This document shows, one piece after another, positions 11,144-23,100 of a stretch of DNA of 62,313 bases. This DNA comes from Mizuhopecten yessoensis. Lineage: Eukaryota. A program made the position numbers and the translations under genes. Position 1 is the stretch's first letter. Every line of letters starts with the position of its first letter. The notes below the pieces were generated by a model. That model was given only the letters and a program-made list of their open reading frames with translations, did not search any database and was not told the origin of the DNA. The stretch covers positions 1,365,584 through 1,427,896 of the forward strand of contig NW_018480078.1 in assembly GCF_002113885.1 (NCBI RefSeq). The letters are read 5' to 3'.

Positions 11144-14100
11144 GTAATTTCTCATAAATTTAATAGATTTAAGGATACAATTTCATAAATGACAGTGATA
11201 ATATGTCCATGTAATTCTTGTCATTTGGTAAAAACACATGTTTAATGCATATAATGTTTAAATGCTGTCAAACTTTGAAAGCGGTTTGTGATGATTATTT
11301 TCCTGATCACTTCCGCTTTCAATAGTTTTGATGTAATCACCACATTTACGAGAGGTCGATCACCATGTAACTCTAGCTAGTGAGTCATCATCAAGTTACA
11401 ATTCGAGCAAGCACCTTATATGGAAATCCAGTTTTATATTTCACCTCTGTTAAATTATTCGACCATACGATTATACTGTGTATTGTACTTTGAATACGAC
11501 AGGAAGTAGACGATTTCTACTAAATCTGTAAATTCTGATCAATGTTTGATCTTTATATAGGTCTATTCAATGTCACGACGTTGCAATAACGTATCGTGCT
11601 CAAAACAATTTATATCATTCAACATATGAAGTTGGCAAAAAACAACGATGTCCTCTGCGTCGAGAACGAGTAAAATATTCATTCAAATTTCAAATAAAAA
11701 ATCTATTTTTTTTTTTTTAATTTGATATCCCGTTGTTCTCATTTTACTTTTGGCTCTGAAAAAAAGTCAAGAAAATAAGGCTGTTAGTCACAAGATCTGC
11801 TGTGTGGTTGCTCAGGATTTAGCTTGATGACAATTAAAGGTACATGCATATGTAGCTCTTTCGGCTACAGTAGTGTCTAACTAGAGGTCCAGGTCAAGAT
11901 TTCAATCCAAGTCTGGCATTTTCAAATTCCTTCTCCTGTTACAGTGCAAGTTTGCATGATTATCCCTTTGCTGTTGAGCGTGCATTTATACTATTTGAAA
12001 CAAGATGTTGTCACAGGCACCGCTGTAACAAGAGCAAAATGCAAAGGGGATCGAAAGACCATCATTTGAATCTTATACATATGTCAGAATAGTACTAATA
12101 TTAATTTCCAGCCTACTCTGCCCCGGCCTGGTATTTAATTGATCCCATACCTTGTAATGGAGCAAGCCCGGTGTGAATCACACAGGGGCGATTTTAGAAT
12201 TAATTGACAGCACATTGGTCCGCATCCATAAATAGGGGTGTAGTATGAACTATTTCTGTTGATATCCTGCACAACTTGAAGTTAAACGCTGCCTATCAAA
12301 AATCTGAATTAACTGCCGTGTTGGAAAGTTTGTCTCTCTTCCGATATAGGTCAGACGTCCAAATGTGGGTGTCATGACCCAATATGGAAATTGTAGTAAA
12401 CATGGCGGCATCAGTAGCAATACTATATTTGGTCATGCAGGCCATATATAGACAGGATAATTTAGATAACATCACACGTGATCTGTCATGGCGGTTGTTT
12501 CTATTTTTTCCCCAATATGGACTTGGTTAATTTCGTAAGAGTTTTTGCATGGGTAAGGATTCATTTTTTCAACAATTATGCAATATTTTGATAACATTAT
12601 ACTCATAAGAGGCTTGAATTATATGCAGAATTTGAAAAAAAATGTTGGGTTATCATAACTATTAAGATATTTAATACAATATAGATCTTTTTAACCGGTC
12701 AAAAATCAGGAATTAATCTCCCTCCAAAAATGGGAGAGTTGGCAAGTATGGGACGTGGTAGCTCCATAACACACTTGCTGTCATGACGTATAAGACTGAA
12801 AGTTGTAGGTAGGTGTTTATATTGGATATTTTGTTAAAATATTTAGGTAAAACAATATTTTATTTGATAAATTGATGTGTAATATATATAAATATAAGTT
12901 CATCAGCTTGATACCTGGGGCGAGCAGATTTTATGTTTGGGCTAGTAAAAACTTAATATATTTAAATTTATTATAAAAAAATTAAAGTCTGTCTGTAGGC
13001 TTTTATTTTAAATATGAAATTTTAATGGGTACTTGGTCAACATGAATCTTCAAATGATATGGCCACTATTATCTAAAGTATTGCATTATAGTGAATTTGT
13101 AAAGGCAATGATGTAAAAATAAAATAAAAATGTGTTATTACAATGTATACAAGAAATGGACACCTAGTTATGTTCAGTATTGCAATCTAGAGCTATCCCT
13201 AGTTTAGCTGGACACTGATATATCCATACAATTCATATGTTGAATGAGCGTCTGGCGTCAATGTTATTAAATATGTGTAAAGGTACCTTACGTAGGTTTA
13301 ACTAGGACTTATCAATGATTATAGGTAGATCAAGAAAGTCACACCTGTTGCGCTCCTATCTGTCATCTCACTCAGTATCTTTATAGTGTTAACACATGTG
13401 GCACATCAACACTTCGTTGGAGCAAGAGATCTAGACAACTGGTATCTTGTGTATTTACATCACTCCTAGAATATCTAGCTAGTGTATATCATAAACGGTT
13501 ACAGTTACCTGTGATTCTTAGTCACCTCAGCCTTTATATGTAACATACGTGTGTTCACACCACAACCTGGACATTTACTGAATCCGATTACATATTGTAT
13601 GAATTTATTTCTATGTTGAAATACATTATGGTAGACTTGGATTATATTTATGCTTTCTGATTTATCAAAATAGTGTTCAAACTTTATTATCATGTTCATA
13701 GAAATGGATATAGATTATAAATATTGCAATTAACTTGTTCCTGTGTGATTTCCATCATTTTATGATTTGAAAAAAAGTGGTCATATGACAGCTATTATTT
13801 GAAGGACTTGTTACTAGTTGTAATAACTTAGGGTTTGAGTACGGATATCAACTTATTGTATAATGAATAACCTCTTGATCTGTTTCCACGACTCCTTTCA
13901 TTGTCCATTGATATGGCCCTGCCAATTAAACTACAGTATATATATGTACACATGTACAGCTTTGAGTATTGTAAATGAACGTATAACCTGATTTAATTTA
14001 CCTCCCAGGTACATTATCAGGTATTATCATACATAAATCTTTTCATTGTCTTAAATGACCCAACCTAAACTAAGCATCATACAATGCTTTTGTATAGCTG

Positions 14101-17100
14101 TATGTCTACCGTTATGAATTTAACTATTGCTATCTGATATATTTACAAAACTTTATTAATAAGAGTTTCATTGGGATTGTATATATACATAATACATATA
14201 CAGGAAACTAGTTTTAATCCCAATCACATGTATGGACATATTGATATATACAAATGAAATATGTCATTGGTAAACCGATAAGGAAACAAGTTGAAAATTG
14301 ATTTATGAGAAATACAAAGACAGACAATGCATGTATTATATATGTTTATGACAATTCTTGACATTTTCTGCTTGTTTTGAAGTGTTTGTTCAACATTCCA
14401 CTGATAGCATATTGTTGAAGGAATAAGTTGATATGTCAGTATCACATTACCAAATGGCTTTATAGTTTAGAAATCTTGTGAAATTTGGCATAAAAATATT
14501 GATTATACCAGAAATATATATTGTTTGATTTCCTTTGTAAGTTGACCTACTATCACCTAGCAAAACATTTGCATATTTCAAGAAATTGCTCAGGGCAAGT
14601 AGGTATCAATATTACATTTCTTGAATTCATATTTTACATTTTCTTGTCCAGATGCTTTCTCTTTGTTAAAACAAACAATCCTGTAATGTATATTTCTAAT
14701 CTACTTTATGTATTATTATACCTCATCTACATGAAAATAACAGCATATCTGATTGGATTATATTTTGGATCTCGATATATATATACCCCCATCCCCCCNT
14801 ACAAGTCTAGAAAAATGGGCAAGAGCTACACCACAACTGAGTTACAAGTAACTGAAACAGACAACAACAATTGTGCAAAAACCTGATCATCTTTACTGAT
14901 TCTGATCATATCCTGATTAATCATGTTTCACTCAGGCTTTGCCCTCATGAAATACAATAAATCTAGGAATTAATCATATTTCCCTACAACGATCAAGGGC
15001 AATAGATGTACGTTAATATGCAATGTACTTATAATTATCTGTACTTGTCTTGATTGGAGAAAATACATTACAGGTGAAGTCTTTTGCTTTCCCCAAAAAA
15101 TATGACTGAAACCTGATTTTTTTAATGATTTTTTTACGTAATTTGATTACAAAATGAAGAATTCAAATATAAAAATATGTTTTGTTTCTTTATTGTAGAT
15201 AAACATAACAACAAACTTCATTCTTCATGCCCCTCCTGGAGAATTTAATGAAGTCTTTAATGGTATGTATAACACAAAATATTCTTTAAATAATACAGGA
15301 CTATTAATAATCACTAACAAACTGTGTAATCAAATTTATATGTAAGTTAATGGTGTATATAAGCCCACCCCAAATCTACTGCAGTTGAATAAAAAATCAT
15401 ACAAATGTTATTTCATATTGTCCTGTTATAAGCCTGAATCTAGAGATTATGTATTTGCCCCCTGGGCTTATTGCAGGATATATATGGTAATTATAACTGT
15501 TTGACTGAAATGTTAATTTTTAACAACTTTAAGGCCATATTATACCGGTATATGATTTTGTCTGCTTCTTGGGAATTCATAATTTTTCAATTTCTTCGCA
15601 TGGATTATAACAGAAGAACAATTTAAATTTCATCTTTTTCTGCTATTAAGATAACATGATCTTATTCTTGAAGTGTTAGCTTTATTTGTTATAGATTCTG
15701 ATCATTTTCATTTTCAGATGTGAGGATTCTGCTGAATGATGATAATTTGCTGAAGGAAGGAGGATCAGGGTATGAATATTAAATAGCGATGGTAGTCAGG
15801 GTTCATGTTGCTATCACCCCTACACTACAAGCTAGCAATATATAAGGCAATAGGCTAGCATCTCATCAAACAATAGTCAGGGTCAATGTTGCTGTCACCC
15901 AAACACTACTAGCTAGCAATATATGAGGCGATAGGCTAGCATCTCATCAAACACTAGTCAGGGTCAATGTTGCTGTCACCCAAACACTACTAGCTAGGGA
16001 CAGCATTGGCTAGTATCTCATCAACCGATAGTCAGGGTCCATGTTGCTATCACCCCTACACTACAAGCTAGCAATATATGAGGCGATAGGCTAGCATCTC
16101 ATCAAACACTAGTCAGGGTCAATGTTGCTGTCACCAAAACACTACTAGCTAGGGACAGCATTGGCTAGTATCTCATCAAACTATAGTCAGGGTCCATGTC
16201 GTATTTCTACACTACAAGCTAGGGACAGGATTAACTAGTATCTCATCAAACGATAGTCAGGGGCCATGTTGTATTTCTACACTACAAGCTAGGGACAGGA
16301 TTAACTAGTATCTCATCAAACGATAGTCAGGGACCATGATGTATTTCTACACTACAAGCTAGGGACGGCGTTAACTAGTATCTCATCAAACGATAGTCAG
16401 GGGCCATGTTGTATTTCCTGTACACTACAAGCTATGGACAGCATTGGCTAGCATCTCATCAAACTATAGTCAGGGTCCATGTTGTATTTCCTGTACACTA
16501 CAAGCTATGGACAGCATTGGCAAGTATCTCATCAAACAATAGTCAGGGTCCATGTTGTATTTCTACACTACAAGCTAGGGACAGCATTAACTAGTATCTC
16601 ATCAAACGATAGACAGCGTCCATGTTGTATTTCTACACTACAAGCTATGGACAGCATTGGCTAGTATCTCATCAAACGATAGTCAGGGTCCATGTTGTAT
16701 TTCTACACTACAAGCTATGGACAGCATTGGCTAGTATCTCATCAAACGATAGTCAGGGTCCATGTTGTATTTCCTGTACACTACAAACTAGGGACAGCAT
16801 TGGCTAGTATCTCATCAAACTATAGTCAGGGTCCATGTTGTATTTCCTGTACACTACAAGCTAGGGACAGCATTGGCTAGTATCTCATCAAACAGTAGTC
16901 AGGGTCCATGTTGTATTTCTACACTACAAGCTATGGACAGCATTAACTAGCATCTCATCAAACAATGGTCAGGGTCCATTTTGTATTTCCTGTACACTAC
17001 AAGCTATGGACAGCATGGGCTAGTATCTCATCAAACAATAGTCAGGGTCCAGGTTGTATTTCCTATTCACTACAATCTAGGGACAGCATTGGCTAGTATC

Positions 17101-20100
17101 TCATCAAACAGTAGTCAGGGTCCATGTTGTATTTCCTATACACTACAATCTAGGGACAGCATTAACTAGTATCTCATTATCAATGGGCGTATTTGATTGA
17201 TACATGTGTATCACTTAATCAGGTATAAGTAGTCGGTTGCATTGTTCTTCACGTGATACATTCTAGTATACATAGCAGTAGGAGAAATTTTGACCTGACA
17301 GTTTCAGAAAACTGGTTGATTCCTTCAGTCTTCAGAGAAAATCACTCCGTTGCATAGCTAATAAGAAGGAGTGAAATTCAGTGTCACTGCTTCTGATAAG
17401 CCATGCGGTGGACTGCCTCTTCTGAGAAAAGAATCAGATGTTTAATCTAGATCTGTCAGGTATCACATACACCTATTGTAGATAAGTACTCGTAAAAGTT
17501 TTTTAAAGTGAAAATATTTTCTCTTATGTATTATTCATGTAATGCACTGATTTATAATTTGCGCAAGCATAGTGTGAGGCAGATTTTGACTGAACTAATT
17601 ATATATAATAATAATATATTTACAGTATTCGAGAAGAAATCTATAAACCAAAAATATTTTTTAGGTCATCAATTTGATCCTTAAATTGTCCTTACATGTT
17701 ACATTATATATTTTCTAAAAAAAAAAAAAGCAAAACAATGACATGTATGGTAGGAGGTCTGCCTCCTGTTAGATATGAAATTATCCTATTTTTCTGGATG
17801 AATAATTTCCTGCTAATTGTAGTACATGAATCATTTCCTGATTATTTGTTGGTTTAATTGAACTTCTGCCTACCATGCTACATTTTGTATGTGTTTGTCT
17901 TCATAGGGGGCAGATTGCCTCGGAAATTTACCAAATTCCTTTGTCTTCACTGTCACTATTACTTACGTAATGATATAATCTGTTTATAATGATATACATA
18001 CAAAGACCATTTGTTTGTTCAGATTCAATGCCCATATTGGACCGTACTGTTGTAATTACTGATCAAGGTACCTATATATTATATCAGGAAGAAATACATT
18101 ATGGTGTTACAACATTTGGTTCATGATTCAAATGAAAGTCCATCCTTTCGTGTACAAACTATTTGTTGACAGTAAACGCTGCTGAAATAGGTCTGTTCAA
18201 GTTTGTGAACTATGGAACCAAATTTATTACAGTAAGATAGAGCAACAGGTGATTGCTGTATATGGGAAGGCTAATTTTGACTAATCTTGTATGGTTGTGA
18301 CTATATATAGGAAGGCTAATCATTCACCTCGGAGATGGTTGTTACTATATATATATATAGTCACATCCATACAATATTAGTCAGAATTAGCCTTCCTATA
18401 TATGTATATATAGTCACAACCATACAATATTAGGCAGAATTAGCCTTCCTATATATGTAGTCACAACCATATCCGAGGTGAATGATTATCCTTCCTATAT
18501 ATATAGACACCACCATACAATATTAGACAGAATTAGCCTTCCTATATATAGTCACAACCCTCTCCGAGGTGAATGATGAGCCTTCCTATATATATATGTA
18601 GTCACAACCATATCCGAGGTGAATGATTAGCCTCCCTATATATATATATAGGCACAACCATCTCCGAGGTGAGTGATTAGCCTTCCTATATGTATAGTCA
18701 CAACCATCTCCGAGGTGATGATTAGCCTTCCTATATATGTATATATAGTCACAACCCTCTCCGAGGTGAATGATTGGCCTTCCTATATATATATGTAGTC
18801 ACAACCATATCCGAGGTGAATGATTATCCTTCCTATATATATAGTCATAACCATCTCCGAGGTGAGTGATTAGCCTTCCTATATGTATAGTCACAACCAT
18901 CTCTGAGGTGAATGATTAGCCTTTCTATATATATATAGTCAAAACCATCTCCGAGGTGAGTGATTAGCCTTCCTATATGTATAGTCACAACCATCTCCGA
19001 GGTGAGTGATTAGCCTTCCTATATGTATAGTCACAACCATCTCCGAAGTGAATGATTTGCCTATCTATATATATAGTCACACCCATCTCTGAGATGAATG
19101 ATTAGCTTTCCTATATATGTATATATAGTCACAACCATCGCCGAGGTGAATGATTAGCCTCCCTATATATATATATATAGTCACAAACATACAATATTAG
19201 TCAGAATTAGCCTTCCTATATATTTATATAGTCACAACCATACAATATTAGTCAGAATTAGCCTTCCTATATATAAATAGTCACAACCATCTCTGAGATG
19301 AATGAATAGTCTTCCTATATATATATAGACACCACCATACAATATTAGACAGAATTAGCCTTCCTATATATATATATAGGAAGGCTAATTCTGACTAATA
19401 TTGTATGGTTGTGACTATATATATATATAGGAAGGCTAATCATTCACCTCAGAGATGGTTGTGACTATATATATATATAGGAAGGCTAATTCTGCCTAAT
19501 ATTGTATGGTTGTGACTATATATATATAGGAAGGCTAATCATTCCTCTCAGAGATGGTTGTGAATATATATATATAGGAAGGCTAATCATTCACCTCGGG
19601 GATGGTTGTGACTATATAAATATATAGGAAGGCTAATTCTGACTAATCTTGTATTGTTGTGACTATATATATATATATAGGAAGGCTAATTCTGACTAAT
19701 CTTGTATTGTTGTGACTATATATATATATATAGGAAGGCTAATCATTCACCTCGGAGATGGTTGTGACTATATAAATATATAGGAAGGCTAATTCTGACT
19801 AATCTTGTATGGTTGTGACTATATATATATATATAGGAAGGCTAATCATTCACCTCGGAGAAGGTTGTGACTATATTTATATAGGAAGGCTAATCATTCA
19901 CCTCGGAGATGGTTGTGATTATATATATATATAGGAAGGCTAATAATTCATCTCAGAGATGGTTGTGATTATATATATATATAGGAAGGCTAATCATTAA
20001 TCTCAGAGATGGGTGTGACTATATATATATAGGAAGGCTAATTCTGTCTAATCTTGTTTGGTTGTGACTATATATATATAGGAAAGCTAATCATTCATCT

Positions 20101-23100
20101 CAGAGATGGTTGTGACTATATATATATTTGTGACTATATTTATATAGGAAGGCTAATCATTCTCCTCGGAGATGGTTGTGACTATATAAATATATAGGAA
20201 GGCTAATTCTGACTAATCTTGTTTGGTTTTGTGTATATATATATATAGGAAGGCTAATCATCCACCTCGGAGAAGGTTGTGACTATATTTATATAGGAAG
20301 GCTAATCATTCACCACGGAGATGGTTGTGACTATATATATATTTGTGACTATATTTATATAGGAAGGCTAATCATTCCCCTCGGAGATGGTTGTGACTAT
20401 TTATATAGGAAGGCTAATCATTCCCCTCGGAGATGGTTGTGACTATATATATATATAGCAAGGCTAATCATTCACCTCGGAGATGGTTGTTACTATATAT
20501 ATATAGCAAGGCTAATCATTCTCCTAGGAGATGGTTGTGACTATATATATAGGAAGGCTAATCATTCACCGCGGAGATGGTTGTTACTATATATATATAT
20601 AGGAAGGCTATATATATATAGGAAGGCTAATCATCCACCTCGGAGAAGGTTGTGACTATATTTATATAGGAAGGCTAATCATTCTCCTCGGAGATGGTTG
20701 TGACTATTTATATAGGAAGGCTAATCATTCACCTCTGAGATGGTTGTGACTACATATATATATAGCAAGGCTAATCATTCTCCTAGGAGATGGTTGTGAC
20801 TATATATATAGATAGGAAGGCTAATCATTCACCTCGGAGAAGGTTGTGACTATATTTATATAGGAAGGCTAATCATTCACCTCGGAGATGGTTGTGACTA
20901 CATATATATATAGCAAGGCTAATCATTCACCTCGGAGATGGTTGTGACTATATATATATATAGGAAGGCTAATTCTGACTAATCTTGTTTGGTTGTGACT
21001 ATATATATATATAGGAAGGCTAATCATTCACCTCGGAGAAGTGCATTTTTCTTTAGATTTCAATCTTGTAGGTAAAATATAGTGCAAAGCACCAAATCTC
21101 ACTCAAGTTCAAGTTCTTTATTACTTTAAGTCGATTGACTTATCAGTTATAACATATATACAAAACAATACAGAGACAACATACAATATGATACACACAC
21201 ACACGCTGTGGAGAGTGAACACTAACCAGCAATCAGCTCAGATCTCCTTTTGTTTGCTTGTATTGAAAATTTGTCTTCATTTTTTTAACAGAATTTGATC
21301 AAACTTTGTGCGATAGGGAAGTATGAAAATACCTGAAACAAGTTGTGATTCAGGGTGCCAATGTCAAGGTCACCATCTACTATAATAAGAAAATCTTTGT
21401 TACTTCAGTGCCTTTCTGACCTTCCTGTATAAAACTTAAATGTTTACATGTGGATTTAGAAATTAATAAACAATGTCATATATATATAATGAAATTCATT
21501 GTCAGAAAATGACATTGACATTGCCAGAGTTACAACTTGGCACTGTTTAGTCATTCACCCCTGAAATTTCATAATGAACTATTCCAACATTAAAATTGGA
21601 AGAGTTCAAATGTGCATTCAGGGGTGAATAACTTAACGAGATGTAGGATACATGCTCCTTTACAGATGTGTGGCAATTTTTATATGTGATGCCATGGTTT
21701 AATTACACTGTAGAAATGAAGTTTGATGTGTGTGTGGAAAGTGAGTTTTGGCTGTATATGGAAAGATTGTTAGGTAACGATTAATTGGATTAAACTTGGT
21801 ACATGAACAGCTGTGTATAAAATAACTACTTTTGTTTCCTTCTTTTTCACAGAGCCTTTGCTCAGTACAACAAGGACCAATTTACACCATGTAAAGTAGA
21901 GGATTCAGAGGAACAGGTAATTAACAGGAAAAATAAATACACACTTAAACCTTGTTGTACTGCCGTTATAAGGGGGTGTCTTGATATACCGAGGGTGAAG
22001 TGTAAAGGGATAGGCAAGAAAACAGGAAAAGACGATCTAGAAATATGTTAGCAGTAATAAACAAAGAGGCAGAATGAATTAGTGGCATAACATCAAGGTT
22101 TTAACTGTGTTCATTTAATGCCAAACCGAAAAAAATGATTTACAAATAATTTCGGAATTTCATTTGACAATTATTTTGTATCTCTATGCACTCTAGTTTA
22201 ATCCTGAATTTCAGTATTTTTGAAAATTTACTAGTGTGACTTAATTGAAATTGAACAGTTAAAAGACTGATATAGGCTAAGCCTGTTGTCTAACCATTTT
22301 TTTATCACATGTATTGTTTTCGTTATCACGTGTATTGGTTTTCTTATCTGTTGTTCTTTTGTATTGACAATAAAATATTTTGAAATTAAAATTGATCAAG
22401 TGGACACGGGTCTAGCTTGAACCACAAATATGCCGATATGAAGCTATCATATTTTAATATGGAGGATAGAAATTTCCCACCCAGGGTACTGATTTCTAAC
22501 AAGTTGGCCCTGATGTAGATGGAACAACAAATATGCCTTTTTGTTTTGCTCTTACGATGTGGTGATTAATAACGTTTCCAACCATTTTTTTTGTTTGAAG
22601 GTTTTAATATCTGATCATGGTGATGTAGGTAATGGTAGATTTGTGGATCCAAGAAACAAGAAATCATTCAGGTTTGTACACTTCATTTTACCCAAATGTC
22701 CCGGTGTTTGTTGGGTTATTGGTAATACAGGCTGATATTTAGGGTACTTCCATACGGGTTTGAAGAATCCTATATATTATCAGACATATTGACTGGAATA
22801 TACTAATTTTTCAGGATCCCTGTACCACTGCCAAAAACTATTATTAGGTGTTGGAAACTAAAAAAAAATCGGCATGACTATAGTTTTGATAGGTCGCTTC
22901 TGAAAATAAAATCCTATCTTATGGTACTTTTATGAGAAATAATAAAGATGTAATAAACGGAAGATAATCAATAATAAAGTTTTGAGTGTAAACATTAACC
23001 CTTTCACCCCTATGTAACTTTAGTAGACTCTACCATACATGGATTTGGATGGGTCTATTATGGTCTACAGTGTTGAAAGGGTTAAGTGAGGCTCGACTGT

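Noticed and set aside
14521-14886. 121-aa ORF in CAPZA intron 1
   Set aside because: Non-ATG start, AT-rich low-information composition, contains an N
16406-17169. Series of similar 61-62 aa ORFs
   Set aside because: Translations of the intronic tandem repeat; the 70 and 73 bp units shift frame
15790-17178. Possible tandem hammerhead ribozymes on the minus strand (TTGATGAG...GAAA)
   Set aside because: Core is TTGATGA rather than CTGATGA, and no stem II closes onto the GAAA
18259-21040. CRISPR-like repeat/spacer appearance
   Set aside because: Only two recurring internal variants, not unique spacers; lies in a eukaryotic intron with no cas genes
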